A stretch of 64,000 nucleotides of DNA from Chiloscyllium plagiosum (GCF_004010195.1 NC_057720.1:13938363-14002362), one strand, 5' to 3'. Positions 11,981 through 25,334 are shown, counted from the first letter of the stretch. Translations and numbers: made by a program. The notes: generated from the sequence alone by a model not told the origin.

Positions 11981-12214
11981 AATAATCTGAAATGAAAACA
12001 GAAATTGCTGGAAAAACTCAGCAGCATCTATGGGGAGAAAAAAAGAGTTACTGTTTCGAGTCCTATGCCTCCTCATCAGAACTGACGTCTTTGGTAAGAA
12101 CGTCCAGTGACGTGATTGTTGAAACCTAATTATCTATCCTCCGGCAAACGTCGTCACTCAGCTTCCGCAATCTTTTTAGATTGAAATTTTGCAAAATGCT
12201 TTTGTGGTTTTTGT

Positions 12215-12612
12215 CAGCTGTGGCTCAGTCAAATCGCTGAGTCAGAGGGCTGTGAATTCAAGGCTCACTCTGAAGCTGAAGAGCACGTGGTCCAGCCTGA
12301 AACTCCAGTGCAGTGCCTCAGTGTTGGAGCTGCCATTTTTCAATCTTTCATAGGAGATATCTGTCATCTCAGGTGAAGGTAAAAGGTCCCAGCCCTGTAC
12401 TCGAAAAAGTGCAGGAACGTTCTCCATGATGATGTGATGGAAATTTAGCTTTTAACGTCTCCAAAAATAAACTTGGGTCTTTGATTCAGCAAGTTGGCTG
12501 ATGCATTTCCTACATTACAATGGTGGCCACATGTCAAATGTTCTTCATTGGCCATAAAGCACTTTGAGATACTGTGAAGTTACAAAGGTGCTATAGAAAT
12601 GAAATCTCTTCT
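12215..12612 (+). mobile_element. DeuSINE-type (SacSINE1-like) old SINE
   Basis: tRNA-like head gtggctcag; Deu-like ctcaggtgaaggtaaaaggtccca; tail tttcctacattacaa...cattggccataaagcactttg...gctatagaaatg. Confidence 0.6.
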
Positions 12613-12685
12613 TAATTATGTTCAAGCAAAACTCAATGATATCTATGACTCCTTTAAGTGTTCAGTCAAGTATATATAAATGCAC

Positions 12686-12817
12686 ATTCCTGACAAAGGG
12701 CTTATGCCTAAAATGTCAATTCCCCTGCTTCTCAGATGCTGCCTGACCTGCTGTGCTTTTCCAGCACCACACTTTTTGACTCTGATCGCCAGCATCTGCA
12801 GTCCTCACTTTCTCCTC
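12686..12817 (+). mobile_element. PLE family A terminus with decayed hammerhead
   Basis: cctgacaaagggcttatgcctaaaatgtc...gatgctgcctgacctgctgtgcttttccagcac. Confidence 0.75.
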
Positions 12818-12968
12818 TGTGAAATGTTAGCCTTATCTGACAATGCAAGTCAATAAAGAATAAAATCAGATAACATTAAAGTGAGCATCTGGCCTGATCT
12901 CATCCATTTCCTGCCCAACGGGATAGTTAGAATCAGCTCAATAACTTGGCATCCTGTTTCTTGGAGGT

Positions 12969-13754
12969 AAAAACAATGACTGCAGATGCTGGAAACCAGA
13001 ATCTAGATTAGAGTGGTGCTGGAAAAGCACAGTAGTTCAGGCAGGTTGAAGTGTTCCGAGGCAGAAGATGAGGCGTTCTTCCTCCAGGCGTCGGGTGGTG
13101 AGGGAGCGGCGGTGAAGGAGGCGCAGGACCTCCATGTCCTCGGCAGATTGGGAGGGGGAGTTGAAATGTTGAGCCGCAGGGCGGTGGGGTTGATTGGTGT
13201 GGGTGTCCCAGAGATGTTCCCTAAAGTGCTCTGCTAGGAGGCGTCCAGTCTCCCCAATGTAGAGGAGACCGCATCCTCACCTCCATCCAAATCCCCAAAG
13301 GAGCCTTCCACATCCATCAAAGTTTTACCTGAACATCCACCAATATCATTTATTGTATCCGTTGCTCCCGATGCGGTCTCCTCTACATTGGGGCATCAAC
13401 CCCAGGGCATCAATGTGGACTTCAACAGTTTCCTCAATTCCCCTTCCCCCACCTCACCCCAGTTCCAAACTTCCAGTTCAGCACTGTCCCCATGACTTGT
13501 CCTACCTGCCTATCTTCTTTTCCACCTATCCACTCCACCCTCCTTCCTGACCTATCACCTTCATCCCCTCCCCCACTCACCTATTGTACTCTATGCTACT
13601 TTCTCCCCACCCTCACCCTCCTCTCATTTATCTCTCCACCCTTCAGGCTCACTGCCTGTATTCCTGATGAAGGGCTTTTGCCCGAAACGTCGATTTTACT
13701 GCTGCTCGGATGCTGCCTGAACTGCTGTGCTTTTCCAGCACCACTCTAATCTAG
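12969..13754. mobile_element. PLE with 5' inversion (minus part ~12969-13272, plus part ~13275-13754)
   Basis: GIY-YIG remnant (TSTNIIYCIRCSRCGLLYIG on +); ~18-bp TSD atcctgttYcttgSaggt at 12951-12968 and 13755-13772. Confidence 0.8.
13664..13691 (+). ncRNA. Minimal type-I hammerhead ribozyme motif (family A, intact core)
   Basis: CTGATGA-A-GGGC(TTTT)GCCC-GAAAC-GTC. Confidence 0.75.
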
Positions 13755-13884
13755 ATCCTGTTCCTTGCAGGTTTTTGAGTTTGTTGTGAGGCGAGTGAAT
13801 CGTCAGCAATCGCTTGGGAGACACTGGGAAAGGTGTTGTCTGGAATTAGCAGTGGAAGAGGGAATTGAATTCCTGTGGGACTTT

Positions 13885-14050
13885 AAACAAAAAAAAATCT
13901 GTGGATGCTGGAAGTCTGAAACAAGAACTGAAATTGGTAGAGAACCTCATCAGGTCTGGCAGCATCTGTGGAAAGAAAGCAGCATCAATGTTTTGGGTCC
14001 AGTGACCCTTCTTCAGAACTGCTGAGGTTCTCCAGCAATTTCTGCTTTTG
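13885..14050 (-). mobile_element. PLE family C terminus with hammerhead motif (13987-14018) and short inversion
   Basis: Reverse complement ttCTGAAGA-A-GGGTC(ACTG)GACCC-AAAACATT; G12 appears mutated. Confidence 0.7.
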
Positions 14051-14339
14051 CTCCTGTGGGTCATGGCACTGATCAGGCGGATGTTTAAGATGATTTCTCG
14101 CTGCCTCTTCCTCCACTCTGCTCCACATCAAAGAAACAGGCAAAAGCAAGAATATTTGCATTTATAAGGTGTTTCTCATAGCTCCTGGTCACCTCCAAGT
14201 GTTTTACAGGCAATGAAGTATTTTTTTTCAAAGTGAGATACAGGAAACACAGCAGTTAACATGTGCTCAGCAATCTCCCACAAACTGCAATGTTATAATG
14301 ACCAGATTAACTGTTTTAAGCAAATATGCAAATTACTGC

Positions 14340-14932
14340 AGGTCATGTTGCGACTGTGCAGGATATTAGTTAGGCCGCGTTTGGAATACCACATTCAATT
14401 CTGGTCTCCCTGCTATAGGAAAGATGTGAAACTTGAAAGGGTGCAGAAAATATTTGCAAGGATGTTGCCAGGGTTGGAGGATTTGAGCTATAAGGAGAGG
14501 CTGAATAGCAAGGATCTATTTTCCCTGGAGCGTTGGAGGCTGAGGGCTGACCTTACAAAGGTTTATAAAATGATGAAAGGCATGGATAGCATAAATAGAA
14601 AAGGTATTTTCCCTGGGGTGGGGGAGTCCAGAACTTAGTGGGCATAGGTTTAAGGTGAGAGGGGAATAATATAAAGAAGTCCAATGGGGCAACTTTTTCA
14701 CTCAGAGGGTGGAGCACATGTGGAATGAGCTGCCAGAGGAAGCGGTGGAGGCTGGTACAATTACAGGATTTAAAAGGCATCTGGATAGGAATATGAACAG
14801 GATGGGGTTAGAGGGATTTGGACCAAGTACTGGCAAATGGGACTAGATTAATTTATAATATCTAGGTAACATGGACGATTTGGACCAAAGGTTCTATTTC
14901 TGTTCTGTACCACTCTATGAATCTTTGACTCT
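14340..14932 (+). mobile_element. CR1 LINE 3' fragment
   Basis: LVRPRLEYHIQFWSPCYRKDVKLERVQKIFARMLPGL. Confidence 0.9.
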
Positions 14933-15009
14933 AAATAAAAACAGAAACTGCTGGAAATACTCAGCACTGTTATTGGCCTGAAACATTCGCTCTGTCTTAC
15001 TCCACAAAT

Positions 15010-16170
15010 CTAGAGTCATAGAGGTTTTACACCATGGACAAAGGTCCCTCAGCCCAATGTGTTCATGCTGATCATCAAGCTTCTATCTATTTTAATTCCA
15101 CTTTCCAGCACTTGGCCCAAACCTTCGTATGCTCTGGTGTTTCACGTGATAATCTAAATACTTCTTAAATGTCTTGAGGAATTTTGCTTCTGCCAGTCCT
15201 TCAGTAAGTGTTCCAGATAATCACCACCCTCGAGGTGAACACCATTTTCTTCTAAGCTTTCTGATCCTTATGTTACGACTGTGCACCCTGCTTAGTGAAC
15301 TCTCTACGGAAGGGAAATGTTTTTCCCCATGTACCCTGTCCAAATCCTTCAGAACTTTTTACCTCTCAATCAGGCCCTTCCTCAACCTTCCCTATTCAAT
15401 GGATAACAATCCTAGCCTCTCTTCACAGCTGGATCGCTCCAGTTCAGGCAACATATCAGCACCCTCCCTGATGTACCATACCCTTCTCACAGTGGGACGA
15501 CCAGAACTGCACACAATACCTCAGCTGTGACCAGTTATGCACAACTCCATCATAAACTCCTTGCCCCTGTATTCCAATCCTTAATGAATAAAGGCAGCTA
15601 ACCCAGAGGCCTTTGCCACCCGGTCTGCTGCTTGCATAGATGTGTTCAAGCTCACCAGGTCCTTTTGATCATATATACTTCTGAGGGTCCTCCCATTTAA
15701 AGTGTACTCCTTTGCCAAGTAAGTCCTCCCAAAATATGTTACCTCACACATTTCAAGGTCAAATTCTATTTGCGCCTGTTCATTCCACCTGACAAGCTCA
15801 TCAATATCATCCTGTAGTCTACAGCACTCCTGCTTGTTATTTACCATAAATTCTCATGTCATCTGCAAACTTACTGATCATTGATATAATCAATAACTAC
15901 CAAACCCTGTGGTATGCCAGTGGGTACAGATCTCCAGTCACCAAAGCACACTTCAAACTTCACCCACTGCTTCCAGCTAAAAAGCCAACTTTGGATCCTT
16001 TTGAAAAATTGCCCTGGATTCCATGGGCTCTTCGCTTCTTAGCCAGCCTGGCATGCAGTATTTCCAAAGACTTACCGAAATACATCAATTGCACTACCTT
16101 CGTCCATCCGAAAAATTCAACCAAATGTGTTAGCCATGATTCTCCTTGGCAAGACCAAGCTAGCTGTCTT
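15010..16170 (-). mobile_element. Decayed CR1 LINE
   Basis: Minus ORFs GESWLTHLVEFF, AHGIQG, LQDDIDELVRW...EFDLEMCEV; tail tagagtcataga on +. Confidence 0.8.
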
Positions 16171-16229
16171 TGACACTGCCAGATGCTCTTGAATACTACT
16201 GGCACTTTCTGTTTTCATTTCCAGTAATC

Positions 16230-16480
16230 AATGTTAAAGGGTAAACATTGGTCAGGACTCCAGAAATAGCTCCCCCACTCTTCTCTGAAATAAATCCATG
16301 TGACTGTTCACATCCACCTGAGCAAGGGAGCTATGGGGCTCAGCTTAACACCACATGTGAAAGTCAAGCCCTCCGATAATGCGATGCTCCCTTAGTACAG
16401 GGGAGCTGCCTAACTATTGTACTCTTGGGGGCAGAACGTCTGTGATTCAGAGGCAGGCGTGCTACTGGCTGATCCCTAGC
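16230..16480 (-). mobile_element. DeuSINE-type SINE fragment
   Basis: Reverse-complement similarity to Deu-domain text (catccacctgagc, tcagcttaacaccacatgtgaaag). Confidence 0.5.
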
Positions 16481-16899
16481 TCACACAGAAACTCAGTCCC
16501 GTCCCTCTTTGCCCCTTCACTGTCCCAGTTTTGTCGACTTGTTTATTCAATACCCAGATCTGGCTGATTTAGGGGGAGGAGGAGTTAAGGGAGGCAATGG
16601 GATAGTGATATTATCATTAAACTATTAATCCAGAGACCCAGGTAATGTATTGGGGACCTGGGTTCAGTTCATGATGAAATTTGTATTCAGTAAAAACAAA
16701 ATCTGGAATGAAGTGTCTAATGGCGACCATGAAACCATCGTCAGGAAATCTCATCTGAATCACTATTGCTCTTTATGTAAGGAACCAGCCATCCTTACCT
16801 GGTCTGGCCTAAGATCAGAAGAAATTGGAGAATGTTCAGCCCTTGAGTCTGCTTTACCACTCAGAAGAGACCCTCCAACCACACAGAATCAATCATGAT

Positions 16900-17120
16900 T
16901 TCACCAGTTTCCTCCCACTTTAATCCAATCCAACCTTCCAACTTGGCACCACCCTCTTGAACTGTCCTACCTGTCCATCTCTCTTCCCACCCGTCCGCTC
17001 CACCCTCCTCTCCAAACTATCATCATCACCCCCCCCCGCCTCCATAATCGTCGATTCTCCTGCTCCTTGGATGCTGCCTGACCAGCTGTGCTTTTCCAGC
17101 ACCACACTTTTTGATGCTGA
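16900..17120 (+). mobile_element. PLE family A 3' fragment
   Basis: gatttcaccagtttcc...gaactgtcctacctgtccatct...gatgctgcctgaccagctgtgcttttccagcac. Confidence 0.7.
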
Positions 17121-18299
17121 CCTTCCTCATGTCCACTTTCATACCATTTCTTGTAACCCCTACTTATCAAGAATCTATCAATCTCAATATTAAATGTACA
17201 CCAGGACTCTGCTCCCACAGCTCTTTGTTGCATGTTATTCTGAAGATCCACAAGCCTGTCAGTCAATATTGCCTACATGTGATATAGCTGACATGTAACT
17301 CCTGACCCACAGCAATGTGCTTGACTCTTAACTACCTTTGTGCAATTAGGCAATAAAGTGCTTGCCTGGCCAGCAACTCTCACGTCATGTTAATGAACAA
17401 AAAACGTAACAAATCCCTTGCATTGAACATTGGGTAGACTGAAGCTATTGTCTTTGATTCCCCCACTTCCCTCCAATTTTATTGACTTGTTACTTTGAAT
17501 GAATAATCAATCACAATGAATCATTTTCCTTTACAACTGCTCCTAACGGACATTCCTTCTTTGTCTGTGTTTCATACTTTCACTGTTTCAACATTAATTA
17601 CTTTGCATTTATTCATATCAGAACCCATCGATTTATTCCTGAGCTCATCTGTAATCCTTTCTTAATGGATTCTAAACCTAAAGCAGAATGTGGTATCTCC
17701 ACTCTTTGTTTTTAAATAACGCAGTCAGGGATGATTGTTTGGAATGAGTGAGGGATAACGTATATAGTTTTGCAGATTGTAAACTGTAGCTCTTTAATTA
17801 CCTATTGATGGCGACCTACAGGGGGCTGATTGAATGTCCACTGGCCTATTTAGGACTAACCACAGGACTGTGGAATCCAATTGTCCCATTTATAAGGTTG
17901 GAAATTTTACACTGTGGGGGTGATTGTTTGTTGAACGGAAATTGGACAGATCTGTAGGAATCTGTAAAGTGGATTGTTTCAGGGCAATTGGTTGTCATTT
18001 GTGAAGCAGAATAAGTCAGGTAGCCTGAAAAGAATGGAAACACGGTGACAGAAAAAAAAATGGATATCAGTGCATTACTGGAGATAGATAAGGAACAAAC
18101 TGAAAGAGAAGAAGCAATAGATATTTTATCTTGGGGATGATACTGAATGCAGCACTCCAGGGGCTGGCTCTGGGCTTCCTACTACTGTTGATCCAGGTAA
18201 AAAACCCAAACTCAGAAACTCAACTGACAATCTTGCTCCAGCCAGGTACTTCACTGACGCGCACGGCATCAGGCTGTTCCTGTACTTTAAAAAATAATT

Positions 18300-18690
18300 C
18301 CTTCATAGGATGAAGGGGTCGCTGGCCAGGCCATTTCTTGTAACCATTACTCCCCCATACCGATCAAGAATCTATCAATCTCACCATTAAATATACACCA
18401 GTACTCGTTCATTGCCCATCCCTAATTGCCCTTGCAGAGGGCAGTTCAGAGTCAACATTGCTGTGAGTCTGGAGTCATATGGAGGCCAGACCAGGTAAGG
18501 ATGGCAGTTTCCTTCCCCAAACGATATTAGTGAAGCAGATGGAATTTTTTCCAACAATCACTTGGAGTCTTAATTCCAGATTCTTGTTGAATTCAAATAC
18601 CACTGCCTACCAAGATGGGATTCGAAGCCAGGTCCCCAGAACTTTAGCTGGGTCTCTGGGTTAGCAGATACCCCAAGGCCATTGCTCCTG
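18300..18690 (-). mobile_element. tRNA-derived SINE (family of 660-1120)
   Basis: attgcccatccctaattgccc...gtctggagtcat...gggattcgaagcc. Confidence 0.6.
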
Positions 18691-21134
18691 ACAATGGGCC
18701 ACCTGGAACTTTGTTATATGTTGGAGCTTCCCCTGCATTATTTAGATTCCTTCAGTACAACAGCAACTATATCTCAACAGGTTGTTATTGACTGTAAAGC
18801 ATGTTGAGTTGAACTGGAGTCCTGGCATATATGATATAAATGCATGTCTCTCTTTACACTAAACATTAGACATAGAATCTAAACATTAGACATTATACGA
18901 CATACATTTCAGTTCATCAGACTGTACTGCTAACGCCTATCAAATATGGTATCTGACTCTCTCAGCGCTCTGCCCGGGACCTACCAGACAAAGCCCTAGA
19001 GATAACTTCAATCCTGCTTCCATAACCCCTGGGGCATCACTGCCTCTCACTGCTTCATTCACTACCTCACTGAGAGTGTTATAGTGAGTGGGGCAATGAG
19101 TGGGACTGGCTGTGTTTCCCAGCAGAGGCCACGGTTTGAAAGTTGCGTTGCTGGGACTATGGCGTGCTGGTTATTGGGAAGTAGGGATTCCTTCCTCACT
19201 GGGCCAGAATCCCATCCTGAGCCATGTGACAGCTCGCCATGTGTAAAAGGGCCGTGGGACAACTGATTCCTTTATGTGTGGGCTCCTGAGCATCTTTTAG
19301 TTGTGTTTTGGGTGTTGGTGGGGTGGGATGGCGGGGGGCAAACTGTAACCCAATACAAGGTAAAATTCAGCTTATGATCATGATCTTGTGACTGTTTGTG
19401 GGAGCTTGCTGTGTACAGTGCCTGTCCTCTGTTACAAAAATATATTCAATTGACCTTAACACATTAGAGGGCATTTTGAAGTTGGAAAAAGGTGCTATAT
19501 AAATATACACCTTTCTTTCCCCAGCCCATCTTCAGCTGATCTGACCGGAAGTATAGCCCTTTCCAGGATGTTCTGTCGGGTGTTAATGGGCCCTGTGCTG
19601 GAATTGCCTCCAGCAGCACTGCAACAATTTCATTCTAATCTACTTAAAACACAGTGCTTACCTTACCTCCCCACAACAAGGGCACAGTTCTGTCAAAAAC
19701 AGGGTGTTTTTCTGCGTGTTAGCTAACTCGAGCCAAGATATTGCTGCTGACCTGGCTACTTTCTTGTGTCAATAGGAAGTGGGAAACTAACCAGGATGGA
19801 AAACGTCACTCATGTTTTTCACTAAACAGCAAGACATTACGTACACTCACTTGACTATAGACCCCACATCCAAGGCTAGATGATACAGATGCAATGTCTA
19901 TGAATCAGTGTTTGCAGTGAAATGGCATTAATAGCATGTTTTTAGGACATAACATTAGAAATTGTTTTTAATTTAAGTATTAATCTTTTTAAGTAAATGT
20001 AATTTTGTCCAGGCTTCATTATTCATGTGTGTATACCTTGTAGTGGCTGAAGCAAGCTATGTATCACAGGAAACAGCGTGGGGGGGAGACAACAAAGTCA
20101 AGTCCAATCCTATTCTCAAACAACACCCACACACGTGCACTTATAGTAAGGGTCACTGCACAGCCATCTGCCTTATTTTTTTCCTTCCTCTCCACCTTGG
20201 GATCACTGAAGTGAATCATATCATTGCTACCCTTGTGCCTGATGATGAGCCTGGTATCTTGGTTTGGCTCAACAACTCACTGGTGGAACAGAATTACAGG
20301 CATCAAGTCTGCCCAATCAGAATGGCACAGAATAGCCTCCACAAGTCTCTGGATTGCAACCAAAAACTGAGCTGCAAACCCCGGTGGAAAGTTTTGAGAT
20401 AAACTTCCGTCTGAGCTATCTGGGACAGTGAGACAGGGAAGTAACCCCGATGGTGGCTGATAATCTCACATTTTACAACAATGCAGACATGTGAGAGACA
20501 ACGGAATGGTGTGTCTCCCTTTCTGACAGGCTCCCTTACTTCCTGGTGATTACAGTATCGGCCACTTCCATTGCACTGGATTCACTAATGTAATAAGCGC
20601 AAACATGTGCATCTCCTGATAGCATTAAAGACAAAGCAGGAAATGAGTTCTGGTGTTGCAGGAAGCTAGGAGCTCCAAGATAAGGCATGGCTTGTGTTTT
20701 CCGAAGGCACTCGTGAAGGGGAGTAGGACTGAATGTAATTGGGCATTATACACCTGCAACAAGATTAATTTGAAACTGCAAAATTGAATGGAAATGCCAG
20801 AATGTGTCTTCCACTGAAGAGGTAGCGCAGTGGGAATGCTGCATTGTTGGAGGTGTGGATATCAGGTGAGATGCTAAAGGCAACATCCTATCTCTTTGTT
20901 CAAGGCAACTCACAATTCAAAAAGGAGGTTTTCCTCTTCTCCAGGGTCCTGGCCAACATTCCTGCCTTAACTAATGCTGCCTGAATCCGTTAAAGTGGCT
21001 CTGTTCATGTGTATTGCTCCCCCCTCCATACCTCCCAATCTCACCTTTGATGACCTTCATTGCCCTACATGGACTCTGCTGTAACTAGATTCTAGATTAG
21101 AGTGGTGCTGAAAAAGCACAGCAGTTCAGGCACA

Positions 21135-23170
21135 CTTTAAGGAGTACTTGCTGCGAGTGTTGGATAACTTTGCCCCACTAAGTCAAGCAAGGTGAAGGAG
21201 CCTTGGATGACAAGAGGAGAGGAGCTTCTCGTCAAGAGGAAGAAGAAAGCTTACTTTAGGTTGAGGAAGCAAGGATCTGGCACAGCTTTAGTGGATTACA
21301 GGGTACTTAGGAAAGAACTCAAAATGAACTGAGGAGAGCTAGGAGGGAGCATGATAAAGCCTTGGCAGGAAGGATTAAGGAAAACCCAATGGTGTTCTAC
21401 ACTTACATGAGGAATAAGAGAATGATGAGAGTTGGGCTGATCAGGGATCATGGAGGGAACTTGTTCCTGGAATCTGAAGAGATACGAAAGGCCCTAAATG
21501 AGGTTTTTGCTTCAGTATTCACAAGACAGAGGGACCTTGGACCAAGTAAATAGGCTTGAGCAGATTGATATTAAGAGAGTGGATGAGCTGGAAATTCTGG
21601 AAAGCTTCAAGATAGATAAGTACCCAGGGCCAGACCAGATATATCCAAGGTTGCTATGGAAAGCGAGGAATGAGATTGCTCCACTTCTGGTGATGATCTT
21701 TGCATTCTCACTCTCCATGGGAGTAGTACTGGATGATTGGAGGGAGGCAAATGTTGTTCGACTGTTCAAGAAAGGGAATAGGGGAATCCCTGGAAACTAC
21801 AGACCAGTCAGTCTTACGTCTGTGGTAAGCAAGGGACTGGAAGGGATTCTGAGAGATAGGATTTTTGACTACTTGAAAAAACTGTTTGTTCAAAGAAAGC
21901 ATGTCTTTGTGAGGGGCAGGTCATGCCTCACAAGCCTTAATGATTTCTTTGAGGATGTGATGAGACAAGCTGACAAAGGTCGAGCAGTGGATGTGGTGTA
22001 TATGGATTGCAATAAGGCCTTTGATTAGGTTCCCCATGGTAAGGCTCATTCAGAAAGTTAGGAGGTATGGGATACAGAGAAATGTAGTTGTCTGGATACA
22101 GAATTAGCTGGCCAAAAGAAGACAGTGAGTGGCAGTGGATAGAAAGTATTCCACCTGGAAGTCGGTGACCAGTGGTGTCCCGCAGGGATCTGTTCCTGGG
22201 CCTCTGCTCTTTGTAGTTTTTATAAATGACTTGGATGAAGAGATTAAGGGTGGGTTAGTAAGTTTGCCGATGACACAAAGGTCAGTGATGTTGTAGATAG
22301 TGTTGAGGGCTGTTGAAGGTTGCAGCATGACATTGACAGGATGCAGAGCTGGGCTAAGAAGTGGTAGATGGAGTTCAACCTGGATAAATGTGAAGTGATT
22401 CATTTTGGAAGGTTGAATTTGAATGCTGAGTACAGGGTTAAAGACAGGATTCTTGGCAGTGTGGAGGAACAGCGGGATCGTCGGATCCACGTACATAGAT
22501 CCCTCAAAGTTGTCGCCCAAGTTGATAGGGTTGTTGAGAAGGCATATGGTGTTTTGGCTTTCATTAACAGGGGGATTGAGTTTAAGAGCCACAATGTTTT
22601 GCTGCAGCTCGTAAAACAATGGTTAGACCACACGTGGAATACTGTGTCCAGTCCTGGTCCCCTAATTATAGGAAGGATGTAGATGCTTCGGAGATGATGC
22701 AGAGGAGATTTACCAGGACGCTGCCTGGATTGGAGGGCTTGTCTTATGAAGAGCAGTTGAGTGAGCTAGGGCTTTTCACACTGGAGAGAAGAAAGAAGAA
22801 AGATGACTTGACAAAGCTGCACAAGGTAATGAGAGGCATAGATAGAGTAGATAGCCAGAGACTTTTCCCCACGGCAGAAGTGACTGTCATGAGGGGTGAT
22901 AATTTTAAGGAGATTGGAGGAAGGTATCGGGAAGATGTCAGAGGTGGGTTCTTCACACAGGGAGTGGTGGGTGCGTGGAATGCACTGCCAGCAGTGCTAG
23001 TAGAGTCAGAGACATTAGGAGGATTTAAGCAACTGTTGGACAACTACATGGATGGAAGTAAGTTGAGGGTGTGTAGGTTAGGTTGACCTTAGATTAAGAT
23101 AAATGCTCAGCACAACATCGCAGGCTGAAGAGCCTGTACTGTGCTGCACTGTTCTAGGTTCTATGTTCTA
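21135..23170 (+). mobile_element. CR1 LINE, ~2 kb of degenerate ORF2 including reverse transcriptase
   Basis: PGNYRPVSLTSVV, GRSCLT, VDVVYMD..KAFD, SGVPQGS, KFADDTK (~22260), MEFNLDKCEVIHFG; stops and frameshifts; (ttctatg)-type tail. Confidence 0.95.
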
Positions 23171-23330
23171 AACTAGCATTATTTACTCGCATTATTCAAA
23201 AATTATCCGATGATTAAGACATGCTTTGAAATGTCCTAAGCATGTATTGAAGGGATAGAGTAGAAAGATAAGCAACTGTGGAGCATCAGTGATCAGGGGA
23301 TGTTTTCAGATGAATTAGAAATAAGATCAG

Positions 23331-23637
23331 CAGGGTGACCACATTTCGAGTAGGAAAAAAAGGGTCAGTTTCTCATGACAATAGGTTTGGAGAGGAGGTT
23401 GTTGAGCAGTGCTGGTGGAAAGCTTTTCCGCCTGTGGAAGTAGGTGGGATACAGGCCATTGGGAGCTCACGTACTCCCCATGAGCAAAACTCAAAGATAA
23501 CCATGACCGTAGTTTCTGAGTGGCTATTTCAAAACCACAGGACAAAAAAACGTCCCAGTGCCAGACATCCCAAGACACAGGATGACTGTCCCAGTTATGG
23601 GATGGACTAAGAAGATCCAGAGCATTTGGCTATCCTG
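23331..23637. mobile_element. hAT (Blackjack-like) MITE
   Basis: Left end CAGGGTGACCA, right end TTGGCTATCCTG (degenerate TIR); internal GTCCC repeats; TSD only partly conserved. Confidence 0.45.
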
Positions 23638-23754
23638 AAGGACTAGCACATAGCCATGGTGTCTTACATACCTTCTCTACTTCTCCCTGGGATACTTGCT
23701 GAGGGGCAGATGGTGAGAGTCTGTGTGTGCACAATCACTGGCCTTTTACGATGC

Positions 23755-24160
23755 ATTCCTGATGAAGGGCTTATGCTCGAATTGCCGACTCTGTTACTCC
23801 TCGGATGTTGCCTGACCGAATGTGCTTTTCTTTCACCACACTTCTTGACTGTCATCTCCAGTATCTGCAGTCCTCACTTCCTCCTAGTCCCTGGAACCTT
23901 ACTTTGAAGTCTGTTCCAAGTCAGTTCCAAGGATGCCTACCTTGAAGAAGTTCTCCTCCTCCCTCCACAAGGATCTCAGTGAGTCTCTCTCTCACTGTAC
24001 CACACCCCCTCCAATCTCCTCTGCCCTGAAGCTCTTCAGCCACGTCCTGAAGCAGATCATTATTACAGCCATGTCTCCTTCTTCAGCACCTGCCTACGAA
24101 CCGCTTGATCCCGCATGGACTCTAGACTACATTCAGATCATCACAATTTGGACCGACCCT
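23755..24160 (+). mobile_element. PLE 5' region: terminal repeat with decayed hammerhead followed by ORF N-terminus
   Basis: cctgatgaagggcttatgctcga; then ATG at 23933 (MPTLKKFSSSL...) and, across frameshifts, SHVS.FSTCL...LIPHGL, like the PLE N-terminal H..FL..C...IP.GL motif. Confidence 0.65.
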
Positions 24161-25334
24161 GTTATAACCTAGCAAGGCACTCAATTCAAGGGCAATTAGA
24201 GATGGGAAATAAATTCTGGCCTATCATCAATCTTCACATTTGTCTCACAGACTCATCAAGCAGCAGGGTGATTGAGAGAGCTACACAATTCTACAACCAT
24301 TGATCAGTTCTAAACTCTGCTGTCTCACCGTATCCAGTAACCGATGGTGGTGGACAATTAAACAATCCACTGGAGGAGGAGGCTTCACTAATATTCTTAT
24401 TCTCAGTGACAAGGGAATCTATTCATTAGTGCAAAGGGTAAGGCTGAAATATTTGCAGCCTGCTTGATTGACAGTGTGTATCATCTCCGAGGTGCACCAT
24501 GGAAATTCACCAAGACAGTGTCTTTCAAACCCATGGCCAATACCATCTACAAGGATAATGGTAGCAGATACGTGAAAACATGGTCTTGGAGATATATCAC
24601 TGCCCCTTCGGTATATTGCTGGGCCAAAATCCTGGAACTCCTTAATGGCACTGTGGGAGTACTTATAGCAAATGGTGGTTCAAGTTCACCATCACCTTTT
24701 CAAGGTCGATTAGGATGGACAGTTAATGCTGACCTAACCAGCGGTACCTATATCCCATGAAAGAATTTTTGGAAAGATGTGACTAAGAATTCTCCATCAG
24801 AATCAAGCCTTTACGATGTGCCTTCCAACAGATTTTTTTTTTGCTTTGTTCATTCAGCCCTTGAACATTACTGTCCTTGCTGATTTTTCCAGCTTTTAAT
24901 GGTGAACTTTATTGCCAGAACAAACTTTGAAAATGAATTGACTTAATCCTATTTGGAGACATACTCTGAACTGGCAAATTCCCAGGAAAGGTTAACTATG
25001 GGGTCAGGGGATCTTACGATTTTCTTTCCAACCACAGCCAAAGCACATACACAGAGCTTGTGAAAATCTCCTCCTGTGGCTATTCTTGCACGTTTAGTTT
25101 GCTAATGCCCATTGATACATATTGGCATAGGGTGTGACTAGGAATTGGAATATATGAGCCACAGTCTTGCAATGCCATTTATAAACTATCCTCATTGAAA
25201 CCATTCTGCTGAGCTCCTTTTTGAATAGAAACAAACTGAAGAAAATATATCTACATTTCAGTGGTTTATTTTATTGTTTATGAGCAATATCTCACTAATC
25301 TTCATTCATGATACTGAGGATGTGATGGTCTAGT

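Noticed and set aside
17812..17828. CTCF-like CCTACAGGGGGC
   Set aside because: Mismatches at core positions; motif alone is insufficient
19084..19266. ORF containing PCDSSPCVKG, reminiscent of an EGF repeat start
   Set aside because: A stop follows within five codons; remaining EGF cysteines and a good donor site are absent
24465..24474. Second TGATTGACAG site
   Set aside because: Lies within a decayed LINE remnant; likely chance
24893..24930. FNGELYC, a LIM-like peptide after an AG acceptor
   Set aside because: In-frame stop shortly after, and no other LIM residues
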